The notes beneath the pieces were generated by a model. That model ran no database searches. It worked only from the letters and a program-made list of their open reading frames with translations, and was not told the origin of the DNA. This document shows, piece after piece, positions 30,981-42,818 of a stretch of DNA of 64,000 nt. This DNA comes from Armatimonadota bacterium (GTDB lineage Bacteria > Armatimonadota > Fimbriimonadia > Fimbriimonadales > GBS-DC): the NCBI GenBank assembly GCA_037445735.1, contig JBBIJY010000013.1:20478-84477 (forward strand), written 5' to 3'. The position numbers and the translations under genes are program-made. Within the stretch, counting starts at the first letter, position 1; the number at the start of each line of letters is the position of its first letter.

Positions 30981-31034
30981 ATAAAGAGTTGTCGGGGGGT
31001 AAAGAGCAGGACCGCTTCAGGTATTCTGCTATGG

Positions 31035-31916
31035 ATGCAAGCGGAGAGCCAGCGCCACTCATCTGTTACGCTCAGCATCTGCATCGTGAACTGGAACACG
31101 CGCGAGCTGCTGCGTGCCTGCCTGCGCTCCATTTATCAGAATCCGCCTGACGAGCCGTTTGAGGTGATTGTGGTGGATAATGCGTCCGGCGATGGCAGTG
31201 CAGCGATGGTTCAGGCGGAGTTTCCACAGGTGGTGCTGATTGCAAACGCCGAGAATCGGGGCTATGCGGCGGGCAACAATCAGGCGATGCTGCGGGCGCA
31301 GGGCGAGTTCATTCTGCTTTTGAACCCCGACACGGAGGTTCAGGCGGACACTTTGTCGACCGCGTTGCGCTTCCTGTGCGAGCATCCAGAGGTGGGCGCA
31401 ATCGGGGCGAAGCAGCTCCTGCCCGACGGGCGGGTTCAGCCGTCCGTGCGCGGCTTTCCGACGCCGCGCAACCTGCTGTTTGAGGTGCTGGGGCTGGCGC
31501 GGCTCTTTCCCCACTCGCGCCTGCTCGCCGCCTATCGCATGCGCTGGTTCCGCTACGACCGCGCGAGCCCCGTCGATCAGCCGATGGGCACTTTTCTGAT
31601 GGTGCGGCGTGCAGTAATTGAGCAGGTGGGGCTGATGGATGAGTCGTTCCCGCTCTTTTTCAACGATGTGGACTGGTGCTATCGCATCTGGCAGGCGGGC
31701 TGGCAGATCTGGTTCGTGCCCGATGTGGTGATTCTGCATCATGGGGGTGCCAGCACGCGCCAGGTGCGCCGCGCGGCGATTGTAGAGTCGCACCGTGCGC
31801 TGGAGCGGTTCTACGCGAAGCATTATCGCCGGCGACTGCCGCTGCCCCTGTACGCGCTGATTATTGCGCTGATTCGGCTGTCGGCGTGGCTGCGCGTGCT
31901 GCTGAATCCCCGATGA
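31035..31916 (+). CDS. Glycosyltransferase family 2
   Basis: 'ICIVNWN', 'VVDNASGDGS', 'NRGYAAGNN', 'LLNPD', 'GLMDESF..DVDWC'. Confidence 0.92.
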   Translation: MQAESQRHSSVTLSICIVNWNTRELLRACLRSIYQNPPDEPFEVIVVDNASGDGSAAMVQAEFPQVVLIANAENRGYAAGNNQAMLRAQGEFILLLNPDTEVQADTLSTALRFLCEHPEVGAIGAKQLLPDGRVQPSVRGFPTPRNLLFEVLGLARLFPHSRLLAAYRMRWFRYDRASPVDQPMGTFLMVRRAVIEQVGLMDESFPLFFNDVDWCYRIWQAGWQIWFVPDVVILHHGGASTRQVRRAAIVESHRALERFYAKHYRRRLPLPLYALIIALIRLSAWLRVLLNPR

Positions 31917-33213
31917 TTCTCACGAACGCTTCGGTCGCGGCGCGGGCGCGTTCGAGTTTGAGGGCACGGCGCTGCTCGCGGTCGCGTGGCGCATCGTCTG
32001 GCTCTGGCAACAGCCCCCAGTTCGCGTTCATCGGCGGAAAATCGGGGTGCGGATAGGTCGCGATATAGTGCAGGAGGGAGCCAATCACCATCTCGCGTGG
32101 GGGCGTCAGCGGCGGCTTGCCTTTGAGCAATCGCGCCGCGTTCAGCCCCGCGATGATGCCCGACGCCGCCGACTCGATGTAGCCCTCCACGCCCACCAGC
32201 TGACCCGCAAAGAAGAGGCGCGTGTCCTCGCGAAACTGCAGGGTGGGCATCAGCAGGCGCGGCGAATCGAGATAGGTGTTGCGATGCACCACGCCGTAGC
32301 GGACGAACTCGGCGCTCTCCAGACCGGGCACCAGTCGGAACACGCGCTTCTGCTCGCCCCACTTCAGGCGCGTCTGGCACGCCACGAGGCTGTAGAGCGT
32401 GCGCTCGTTGTTCTCCGGGCGCAGTTGCAGCACAGCGTAGGGGCGCTTACCCGTGCGCGGGTCGATCAGCCCGACAGGTTTCAGCGGTCCGAATCGCAGC
32501 GTGTCCTTGCCGCGCTCCGCCAGCTCCTCAATCGGCACGCAGCCTTCAAAGAAGCGCAGCTGCTCAAAATCGTGCAATGGCGCGCGCTCCGCCGACACCA
32601 GCGCTTCCCAGAATCGCTCGTACTCGTCGCGGGTGAACGGGCAGTTGATATAGGCGGGGTCGCCCTTCTCGCGCCGACTACCGAAAAACACTCGCTCATA
32701 GTCTATCGTGCTGGCGTCCACAATCGGCGCGACTGCATCGTAGAAGTAGAGATGCTTGCGCCCCGTGAGGCGGGCAATCGCGTCCGCTAACGGCTCGGAG
32801 GTGAGCGGTCCCGTCGCGATGATCAGCGGGCGGTCGTCAGGGATGGTGGTCACTTCCTCACGGATGATCTCAATCAGCGGGTGGCTCTCCAGGCGGGCGG
32901 TGATGGCTTGCGCGAACGGCTCGCGTTCGACGGCTAACGCCTCGCCCGCGGGCACTGCGAACTCGCGTGCCGTCGGGATTACAATCGAGCCGAGCCGCTC
33001 CATCTCCCACTTGAGCTGACCTGACGGCGTGGTGGGCAGCATCGATTTGAACGAGTTGGAGCAGACCAGTTCAGCGAGCCAGCCCGTTTTGTGCGCGGGG
33101 GTCATCTTTTGCGGGCGCATCTCATAGAGGCGCACACGCACACCCTGCCGCGCCGCTGCCCATGCCGCCTCCACGCCAGCAAACCCGCCCCCGACAATCG
33201 TCACATGCGCCAT
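31861..33213 (-). CDS. trmFO: Methylenetetrahydrofolate--tRNA-(uracil-5-)-methyltransferase TrmFO
   Basis: 'GGGFAGVEAA', 'AELVCSNS', 'FYDAVAP', 'RYGVVHRNTY', 'AGQLVGVEGY'. Confidence 0.96.
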   Translation of the reverse strand: MAHVTIVGGGFAGVEAAWAAARQGVRVRLYEMRPQKMTPAHKTGWLAELVCSNSFKSMLPTTPSGQLKWEMERLGSIVIPTAREFAVPAGEALAVEREPFAQAITARLESHPLIEIIREEVTTIPDDRPLIIATGPLTSEPLADAIARLTGRKHLYFYDAVAPIVDASTIDYERVFFGSRREKGDPAYINCPFTRDEYERFWEALVSAERAPLHDFEQLRFFEGCVPIEELAERGKDTLRFGPLKPVGLIDPRTGKRPYAVLQLRPENNERTLYSLVACQTRLKWGEQKRVFRLVPGLESAEFVRYGVVHRNTYLDSPRLLMPTLQFREDTRLFFAGQLVGVEGYIESAASGIIAGLNAARLLKGKPPLTPPREMVIGSLLHYIATYPHPDFPPMNANWGLLPEPDDAPRDREQRRALKLERARAATEAFVRIIGDSAARAATPTAESAQ

Positions 33214-33230
33214 AGCATGCCGATTGTACC

Positions 33231-34559
33231 TTATGCCAAGGCGTCGGGTTCGTGCGTGCTGTTATCCGCGCCGCGCCCGACGCCGTAGTAGAAGAAGCCC
33301 AGCTTCTGCATGCGGGACGGGTCATAGAGATTGCGCCCGTCGAACAGATTGGGCGTGCGCATCAGCGAGCGGACGCGCTCCATATTGAGCTGTTTGAACT
33401 CGTTCCACTCGGTAATCAGCGCGAGGGCGTCGGCGCCTTCGGCGACTTCGTAGGCGTTGCGGCAGTAGGTGATCTGGGGATAAATCGCCTGCACTCGGGG
33501 CATCGCGGCGGGGTCGTATGCCTTGATGGTCGCGCCTTCCTGCAGCAGGAGTCGGATAATCTCCAGCGAGCGTGCCTCGCGGATGTCGTCAGTGTTGGGC
33601 TTGAACGCCAGCCCCAGCAGTCCGATCACGCGCCCCTGCAGCGTGCCCAGCCGCTCGCGTATCCGCGCCACGAACTGCACCGGGCGCTGCTCGTTAATGG
33701 TCAGCACCGCCTCGAACAGCGTGGCATCCAGCCCGTACCGCTTCATGGTGTGGGCGAACGCCTGCACATCTTTGGGGAAGCAGGAGCCGCCGAAGCCCAG
33801 CCCCGCCTGCAAAAAGGCGGGCCCGATCCGCGAATCGGCGCCCATCGCCTTCGCCACCTGCACCACATCCGCGCCCGCACGCTCGCACAGATCGGCAATC
33901 GCATTAATAAACGAGATTTTGAGCGCGAGGAAGGTGTTGGAGGCGTATTTGATAATCTCAGCGGTCGCCAGATTGGTGATGAGCATCGGGCGCTCCAGTG
34001 GCGCGTACAGCTCCACAATCTTCATCGCCGCGCGCGGGTTGTCCGCACCGATCACGATACGGTCGGGGTAGAGCGTATCGTGGACGGCGGAGCCTTCGCG
34101 CAAAAATTCGGGATTGGAGACCACATCGAACTCGTGCGGCTCCACGCGATAAGCTTCAATCATGCGGCGCACCAGGTCGCCAGTACCGACGGGCACGGTG
34201 GACTTGTTCACGATAATCTTGTAGCCGTTGAGGGCACGCCCGATGGTCTGCGCCACCTCAATCACATGGCACAGGTCGGGTTCGCCGTCTTCGCGGGGCG
34301 GTGTGCCCACCGTGATGAAGATAATCTCCGACTCGCGCACCGCCGATTCCAGATCGGTGGTCGCCGTGAGCCGTTCCTCTTCCAGATTGCGCTGGAGCAG
34401 CTCCTCCAGACCCGGCTCGTAGATAGGCGGTATGCCTTTGCGGATCAGCTCCACCTTGCGGGCGTCCACATCGACGCAGATGACCTCGTTCCCCAGGTCG
34501 GCGAACACCGCGCCCGTCACCAGCCCCACATAGCCCGCACCAGCAATCGCGATTCGCAT
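33231..34559 (-). CDS. ugd: UDP-glucose/GDP-mannose dehydrogenase
   Basis: 'GAGYVGL', 'NKSTVPVGT', 'SNPEFLREG', 'GFGGSCFPKD', 'AFKPNTDD'. Confidence 0.94.
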   Translation of the reverse strand: MRIAIAGAGYVGLVTGAVFADLGNEVICVDVDARKVELIRKGIPPIYEPGLEELLQRNLEEERLTATTDLESAVRESEIIFITVGTPPREDGEPDLCHVIEVAQTIGRALNGYKIIVNKSTVPVGTGDLVRRMIEAYRVEPHEFDVVSNPEFLREGSAVHDTLYPDRIVIGADNPRAAMKIVELYAPLERPMLITNLATAEIIKYASNTFLALKISFINAIADLCERAGADVVQVAKAMGADSRIGPAFLQAGLGFGGSCFPKDVQAFAHTMKRYGLDATLFEAVLTINEQRPVQFVARIRERLGTLQGRVIGLLGLAFKPNTDDIREARSLEIIRLLLQEGATIKAYDPAAMPRVQAIYPQITYCRNAYEVAEGADALALITEWNEFKQLNMERVRSLMRTPNLFDGRNLYDPSRMQKLGFFYYGVGRGADNSTHEPDALA

Positions 34560-34663
34560 CGTTCAGCCCTTTCCTATTATCGGCAGCGTTCCAAGTTTAC
34601 CTGATGGGCGCCCTATCGGGTACAATCCCTGACAGGCTAACCCAGGCAGCATGGAGGGCACTG

Positions 34664-36082
34664 ATGGCAACGCAAACCTACGAGGTGGATGTGGCGGTTC
34701 TGGGCGCGGGTCCGGGCGGCTATGTGGCGGCGATCCGCGCAGCCCAGATAGCGAAAGAGCGCGGCGGCACCGTCGCCTGCATCGAGCGTGAGTTTCTCGG
34801 CGGCACATGCCTCAACTGGGGCTGTATCCCCAGCAAGGCGATGATCGCGCACGCCGAACGCTACCAGCATGTGCTGCACGCCAGCGAGATGGGCATCCAG
34901 ATTGGGGGCGCCATTCGCTACGACTTCACCCAGATGCAGGCGCGCAAAGACAAAATCGTGCAGACTCTGCGCAACGGCATCGCCACGCTTTTCAAAAAGA
35001 ACGGCGTGCAATCGATTGAGGGCACAGGCAAACTGCTGGACGCGAACACGCTGGAGATTACCCGCGCCGATGGCAGCCGCCAGACCCTGCGCGCGAAAAA
35101 TATCATTCTTGCCACTGGCTCCAGCGTGATGAAGCTCAACATTCCGGGGCTGGAAGGCGAGAATGTGTGGACGAGCGACGACGCCGTGAACGCGCCCTTC
35201 GTGCCCGACAGCATGCTGATTCTGGGCGCGGGCGCGGTCGGCGTGGAGTTCGCCTATGTGTTCAACGCGCTCGGCTCAAAAGTCACCGTCGTGGAGATTA
35301 TGCCCCAGATTCTGCCCACCTTCGACGAAGAGGTCGCTAAAGAAGCCGAGCGCGCGCTGAGTCGTCAGGGCATCCAGTTCATTCTGAGCAGCACGCTCAA
35401 ATCGGCGGAGCGCAGGGGCGACCGCTGGCTCTGCCATGTGGAAACGCCCGGAGGCGAGCAAAATATCGAGGTGCAGGTGGTGCTGATCGGCGTCGGGCGC
35501 AAGCCGAATGTGGAGGGCATCGGGCTGGAGACCGTCGGCATCCAGATGAACAAGCGCTGGGTCGCCGTCGATGAATACATGCGCACGAACATCCCGAACA
35601 TCTACGCGATTGGCGACATCACGGGGATTGCACCGCTCGCCCATGTCGCCAGTATGCAGGGGATTGTGGCGGCGGAGAACTGCTTCGGGGCGGAGCGACG
35701 CATGGATCATCGCGCCATCCCGAATGTGGTCTACACCGTGCCGGAGGTGGCGGGCGTCGGGCTGACCGAACAGCAGGCGCGCGAGCAGGGCTACGAGGTG
35801 CGAATTGGCCGATTCCCGCCGCGAATCTTAGGGCGTGCGATGGCGGCGGGCGTCCGTGAAGGGCTGGTGAAGGTGGTCGCCGACGCCCGATACGGGCAGA
35901 TACTCGGTGTGCATCTCTGCTGCGAGCATGGAAGCGACCTGCTGCAGGAGGCGGTGCTTGCCATCAAGCTGGAGGCGACGCTCGATGAGCTGGTGGACAC
36001 CATCCATCCGCACCCGACGCTGGTGGAATCGCTGATGGAAGCCTTCCACGACGCCGCCGGACACTGCATCCATAAAGCATGA
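34664..36082 (+). CDS. lpdA: Dihydrolipoyl dehydrogenase
   Basis: 'GAGPGGYVAAIRAAQ', redox 'GGTCLNWGCIPSK', 'GAGAVGVE', 'HPHPTLVE'. Confidence 0.95.
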   Translation: MATQTYEVDVAVLGAGPGGYVAAIRAAQIAKERGGTVACIEREFLGGTCLNWGCIPSKAMIAHAERYQHVLHASEMGIQIGGAIRYDFTQMQARKDKIVQTLRNGIATLFKKNGVQSIEGTGKLLDANTLEITRADGSRQTLRAKNIILATGSSVMKLNIPGLEGENVWTSDDAVNAPFVPDSMLILGAGAVGVEFAYVFNALGSKVTVVEIMPQILPTFDEEVAKEAERALSRQGIQFILSSTLKSAERRGDRWLCHVETPGGEQNIEVQVVLIGVGRKPNVEGIGLETVGIQMNKRWVAVDEYMRTNIPNIYAIGDITGIAPLAHVASMQGIVAAENCFGAERRMDHRAIPNVVYTVPEVAGVGLTEQQAREQGYEVRIGRFPPRILGRAMAAGVREGLVKVVADARYGQILGVHLCCEHGSDLLQEAVLAIKLEATLDELVDTIHPHPTLVESLMEAFHDAAGHCIHKA

Positions 36083-36157
36083 TATAGTAGCGCGTGCCCG
36101 ACGGGTTCTGATGGTCGATTCGTGCCAGCCATTGCCGCGCGCTGGCAATTTATGCTT

Positions 36158-36685
36158 CTACGCCTGACGATGGGAGCGCAGGTAGAAAGCGCAGGTGAGC
36201 ACAACCACCAGCAACAGTGGGATGCCAAACAGCATCACGCGCCACCAGTTACCCTGCGTTAGCAGGATAATGGCTAATGGAAGACTTATGGGTAGCGAAA
36301 CGATGGACGCGCTGGTGATGAAGATAACAGGAATCATCCAGAACAGCCCATACATACCCCCACCCATAGCGCTTCCAATCGCCGAGAGGAGCAAGCCAGC
36401 GATGGTGTAGATGAGCAGCGCGAAACCCATGACCCGACTGAATTCGGGGTGAACCCGCGTGAACCAGAACACCAGCAGGATGGACGGGATCGCTGTCAAA
36501 AACCCGATTGCTGCCGCTATCGGAAAGATCAGGATGTACTGCCCATCTTTGAGATATTCGGGTGTGGTGAGCATAATCCATGCATGGAACCCCAGCGCCG
36601 ACAGCATCATGTTGACCACGGCGGTCATGAAGATGACCAGCCAGCGCGCCCATCGCGGGTAAGAACCCGACTCACCCAGAGTCAT
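36158..36685 (-). CDS. Hypothetical integral membrane protein (about 5 TM)
   Basis: 175 aa, highly hydrophobic; GGAG RBS. Confidence 0.7.
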   Translation of the reverse strand: MTLGESGSYPRWARWLVIFMTAVVNMMLSALGFHAWIMLTTPEYLKDGQYILIFPIAAAIGFLTAIPSILLVFWFTRVHPEFSRVMGFALLIYTIAGLLLSAIGSAMGGGMYGLFWMIPVIFITSASIVSLPISLPLAIILLTQGNWWRVMLFGIPLLLVVVLTCAFYLRSHRQA

Positions 36686-36720
36686 TGGTATGCTCCCTCT
36701 CCTGAGGGTATACCTGCATA

Positions 36721-37071
36721 TTACCTGCTATCTGCCTTCAACAACGAGCGTAAGACAGGCAAATGTTTAGGGACTTCCTGTGTAGCGACATTCCATACAA
36801 TATCATAATTAATACTTGAGTAATCATGAACGATTTTATCTCGCATGCGTGCCATCTCGCTCAAAGGCAACTCTGGATGCTGGGTTCGAAACTGCCTCGA
36901 TACACGCTTGGCAGCCTCACCCATAACCTGAATGTTGCGCACAACAGCATCTTGGGTGCGCTGATCCTGCAGGAAGGTGGCGTAATCCATTCCCTGCACA
37001 TACTCCGCGATGCGCTCCATCGCTTCCAAAATGTCCTGCAGGTACTGCTGGTCGCGGTCTGCCTTAGACAT
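36721..37071 (-). CDS. HEPN/DUF86 ribonuclease toxin (HepT-like)
   Basis: 'YLQDILEA..DAVVRNIQVMGEA..MRDKIVHDY' (Rx4H motif). Confidence 0.92.
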   Translation of the reverse strand: MSKADRDQQYLQDILEAMERIAEYVQGMDYATFLQDQRTQDAVVRNIQVMGEAAKRVSRQFRTQHPELPLSEMARMRDKIVHDYSSINYDIVWNVATQEVPKHLPVLRSLLKADSR

Positions 37072-37387
37072 ACACTTTTGTCCTCTCGATTTGCTCGGCA
37101 ACGATGCAATAACGCGGGTGTGAAAGGTTTCGGCGCACTGTTTCCGCGGTCACGACGCTCACTTTTCTTCCCAGAGCGCGTTCCAGGTAATCAACAAGGT
37201 TGACGAACTCAAACCCCAGTGGTCGGCTGAGTTCCACAACCAGATCGACATCGCTATCGGAACGGGGTGTGCCGTGTGCGAAGGAACCATAGATAGCGAT
37301 GCGTGCGACGCCGAACTGCTCCGAAAGGTATGGTAGTTCACTCCGCAATCGTTCTATCAGCTCCTCGCGCGTTGTGACCTTCGTCAT
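37064..37387 (-). CDS. Minimal nucleotidyltransferase antitoxin (MntA-like)
   Basis: 'YGSFAHGTPRSDSDVDL' (GSx10DxD); overlaps the HEPN gene. Confidence 0.92.
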   Translation of the reverse strand: MTKVTTREELIERLRSELPYLSEQFGVARIAIYGSFAHGTPRSDSDVDLVVELSRPLGFEFVNLVDYLERALGRKVSVVTAETVRRNLSHPRYCIVAEQIERTKVYV

Positions 37388-37415
37388 GGTTGACCCCCGC
37401 TGATCATGATCGACA

Positions 37416-39542
<2,127 letters not shown>

Positions 39543-39676
39543 TTACAAATCAGTGGGCGCGGCGGGTCAGGGAGCGGGGAACAGGCACAGCGGGCGACTC
39601 GCTGCCTCTGAAGAAGTCGCGGAAGGTGGTCTGGATGAGATTGGTCAGCATCCGTTTGCGCAACTCGTGCCCCCTA

Positions 39677-41977
39677 TTACGGCGTTTGTGTGGGAACAAC
39701 CCATTCGAAATCGCCATTCAGCTGTTCGAAAGGCACCTCGTGCTTGGGCATCAGATACCATTTTAAACGCCAGCGCGAGCGACTGCTCCGTTCATCTTTT
39801 TCACCGCCCTCCTGTGGGGCTGTGTGCTGAAGCGGTTCGATGCGGATTCGCTGGCGAGCGAGCCAGTTCGCGAAGTCGGGATGGAACACAGCAGCCGTCT
39901 TCCACGACACCTCTGCGGTCGCTTCCTGCCAGACCTGAACCACCTGCCGAAGGGCTTGCGGCGACCATCGGTCAAACAGTACATAACCACCTGCCTGCAG
40001 AGTCTGCATGAACAGCGGCAGTCGCGACACGGCAGTGTAAAGATGCCAGAAGGCAGGTAGCTCGTTGAAGTCGTTTGAACCCGTCAGGTCCAGGGGTGTC
40101 CAGACACCCAGCTTCGCCAGCCATCGAACCTGTCGGGGCGAAACCGCCTGACAGAAGGCGATGCAGGCGTCGAGAGGGAACTTTTCGGCAGCTGCTGATG
40201 CGGTACACGCCAGCGCCAGCAACTGAGCCGCAGGATAGTCATACCCCCGATCCAGGAACGCCATCCCGCAGGGGATTATCAGCACACCATTTTCCAGCCG
40301 CAGCTGCAAGAGAGCCTCCAGCGAATACGCCTTCCGATAGGCTTCTACAAGCTGGGCTAACGAAACCCAACGAGGAGATTGCTCAATCCAGATCAGATCC
40401 CGGCAGGGTAGCAGCTCCATAATCACCTCTGCCTGAACTGCTTTCGCCCACCGATAGACCCACTCAAACCAGCGTCTGTAGCTCCTGCCATCCAGCTGCA
40501 CGCCCTGTTTCGCCAGTGGGGATTGAATCGCACGCTCAGTCTCGGCTCGCAGCTGGCTGAGCAGCTCGCTGGCATCCTTGCCCAGTGAAGCCAGCAGACG
40601 AGCGAACCGCTCGCGATTGTACCGAGTCCCAAGATAATAACTGGCATCCACTCTGCGCTGATGGGCGGGATGAGCCATGACCCCGATCCCTGCAAGCCCC
40701 CAATAAGGATGCCAGTTGATCCCGTAGATCAGTGCCCATTCCTCTGGTCGAACCTGTTGCTCTTCAGCACGGTCGCTCTGCCAGAACCATGGGGCATCAT
40801 TTTCAACCATCCACGCGCGAAGGGCTGGATCCGGGATCAGATCGGGCAGCATGATGAGACGCACCGCTCGCCCCTGCTCAAAAGCCTCCTCTACAAGCGC
40901 ACGAAGCATCCCGCGGTTCGCCAAGCACTGCAGCAAAAGCTTTTGCAGATAGCTCTGCTTGTAATAGTGGTACCTCACGGACAGCGAGCGCAGCGCCATT
41001 TTGAACCGAAGCTCCTCATCGGCTGGCAGATTGTTCCGTTCAGCGTCGGACAGCGACGGCTCATAGATAGTCGTTCGATACTCATCCAGCCGACGCAAAA
41101 GCGCGGCGCTAACATCGGCTCGACGCAGGGGGAGTGCCTCCAGCATTGCCTGTGAACCTGATCCGTCATTACCATAGCTGTTACTATTTTCATATTCCCA
41201 CTTAGAAATGCGAGCATACAGGCGTCCCAGCTCCAGCAGCTGCTCTGGCGGAAGGGAACGGAGAAAAATATCCGATTGATGCTCCGGCACATAAACAGCG
41301 ACCACTAAAATCTGCATTTTTGCCTGCAGGGCAGCGTCCGAGGGCCACCACTCGCTATCCTCTCGTTTGATCGCCTCAGCAATCTTCTGTCCCCATGCCT
41401 GTATCTTTTGCCGTGTCGCCTCGCTTACATCGGAGAGCTGAAAGGGGATTGTTCGCAGAAGCTCTTCTGGGCTGAGGTCGCTCGGGAAGTTTTCGATGTT
41501 TTCCCGGGACCACTGTTTGAGGCGTCGAGCCTGCGCGGTTAACTCCTGAATCTCTTCAGGTGTCAGGGTGCTTATCAGCGTGTCCAGCAGGTCTTCAGGG
41601 CGCCCCTGCTCGATGGCTGTCTCTGCCTCCTGGATAAGGAAGTTTTTCAGGTTCTGTTGCCACCGCTTTTCACGAGCCTGCACCGTCGGGTCTCTTTCCA
41701 TCACCCAGCGATTCTCCCCGATCTTGCGAAAGCGCACATCCAGCCCCTGAGCGATGAGTTTTTGCGCTTCACTCCATGCACGCGGTTTGAGATGGAGCAG
41801 GGCAACTCGCTGGCGCAAGTCGGAAGTGCATTCGACCCTGCGTCTACCCACCGAGAAGCCCTCTGCGATTTGCGGGAACGAGTACCAGCCCAGCGGGAAA
41901 GCCACCTGAGGCTCCAGCGCCCACAGCGTGCCCGTCAGCCCGATAAAAATCAGCCACCCGATGGTTCGGCACCCCAT
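39677..41977 (-). CDS. Hypothetical secreted protein, probable distant paralogue of 10424-12307
   Basis: 766 aa; signal peptide 'MGCRTIGWLIFIGLTGTLWA'; GGTAGAAT upstream. Confidence 0.7.
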   Translation of the reverse strand: MGCRTIGWLIFIGLTGTLWALEPQVAFPLGWYSFPQIAEGFSVGRRRVECTSDLRQRVALLHLKPRAWSEAQKLIAQGLDVRFRKIGENRWVMERDPTVQAREKRWQQNLKNFLIQEAETAIEQGRPEDLLDTLISTLTPEEIQELTAQARRLKQWSRENIENFPSDLSPEELLRTIPFQLSDVSEATRQKIQAWGQKIAEAIKREDSEWWPSDAALQAKMQILVVAVYVPEHQSDIFLRSLPPEQLLELGRLYARISKWEYENSNSYGNDGSGSQAMLEALPLRRADVSAALLRRLDEYRTTIYEPSLSDAERNNLPADEELRFKMALRSLSVRYHYYKQSYLQKLLLQCLANRGMLRALVEEAFEQGRAVRLIMLPDLIPDPALRAWMVENDAPWFWQSDRAEEQQVRPEEWALIYGINWHPYWGLAGIGVMAHPAHQRRVDASYYLGTRYNRERFARLLASLGKDASELLSQLRAETERAIQSPLAKQGVQLDGRSYRRWFEWVYRWAKAVQAEVIMELLPCRDLIWIEQSPRWVSLAQLVEAYRKAYSLEALLQLRLENGVLIIPCGMAFLDRGYDYPAAQLLALACTASAAAEKFPLDACIAFCQAVSPRQVRWLAKLGVWTPLDLTGSNDFNELPAFWHLYTAVSRLPLFMQTLQAGGYVLFDRWSPQALRQVVQVWQEATAEVSWKTAAVFHPDFANWLARQRIRIEPLQHTAPQEGGEKDERSSRSRWRLKWYLMPKHEVPFEQLNGDFEWVVPTQTP

Positions 41978-42225
41978 CGCTGCTCACCCGCTGGTTATTC
42001 TACCTGACTGTCGCCTGCGCCTGTTGCATTTCAGAACTCTATCGGTCGGCGCCTCAAGCCACCAGCAGGAATCGCATAACCCAAAGGCGTATTCTCTATT
42101 ATACAGGAGGACAACGATGTCTCTGCGCAGATTATCGAGCATCGCTGTGGCTGGTAACCTATCTCGATATAGGGCGCGATGCCCCCAGTCAGTGAACCAA
42201 TCCAGCACGCGCGGGGGGGGGCACC

Positions 42226-42720
42226 ATGAAAACTGTCAAGGTGTTTGTCTGGGCACGCCATCCCTCCATCGAGACCCGCCTGCGCGAGCGCTTGCGCACG
42301 CTATCGGCGCTGAGCCTGATTGAGAAAGCTGGTCCTTTGAACAACCTGGCGCCTGACAACGATTCTGACAGCCCACAACCCCTCCAGGTCATTCTGCTAA
42401 CACGCGATCCACTTGTAGAAGCCTATTTGCGTCATCAATTGCGCACTCTGCCTGACCTGACCTGCACCTGCGTAAGCTGTCAGGAGGAGCATCCTGATGC
42501 AGTGATTATAGATAGCCAGTTGCTGACACCGAGTGAGCAGCGCGTTCTGCAAGCCTGTGCGAAGTATGACCGTCTTTCAGAGGTTGCCGCAGAGTCGTGC
42601 CTGACCGAAGCAACGGTCAAAAAGCACCTGTGCCACATTTACACCAAGTTAGGGCGGCACAGTCTGCATCGGGCGCTGCTGTGTGCGATTCGGTGGGGAT
42701 TGATAGAGGTGCCTGATTAG
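42226..42720 (+). CDS. LuxR-family HTH transcriptional regulator
   Basis: C-terminal 'LTPSEQRVL..EVAAESCLTEATVKKHLCHIYTKLG..AIRWGLI'. Confidence 0.85.
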   Translation: MKTVKVFVWARHPSIETRLRERLRTLSALSLIEKAGPLNNLAPDNDSDSPQPLQVILLTRDPLVEAYLRHQLRTLPDLTCTCVSCQEEHPDAVIIDSQLLTPSEQRVLQACAKYDRLSEVAAESCLTEATVKKHLCHIYTKLGRHSLHRALLCAIRWGLIEVPD

Positions 42721-42764
42721 CAATTTCTCCAGAAGTAGAAGGAAAAAGTTTCGCCCATAGGGGG

Positions 42765-42794
42765 TTGAAATGGGGTTCAGGGATGGAGTAAGCT
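42765..42794 (+). promoter_or_regulatory. Putative sigma-70 promoter of the Cys-rich peptide cluster
   Basis: TTGAAA-18 nt-TAAGCT, preceded by an A-rich tract. Confidence 0.45.
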
Positions 42795-42818
42795 ACAGAG
42801 ACAGAAAAGGTACGAGCA

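Noticed and set aside
41984-42208. 74-aa minus-strand ORF upstream of the 766-aa gene
   Set aside because: No clear RBS or motif; it lies across the divergent promoter region
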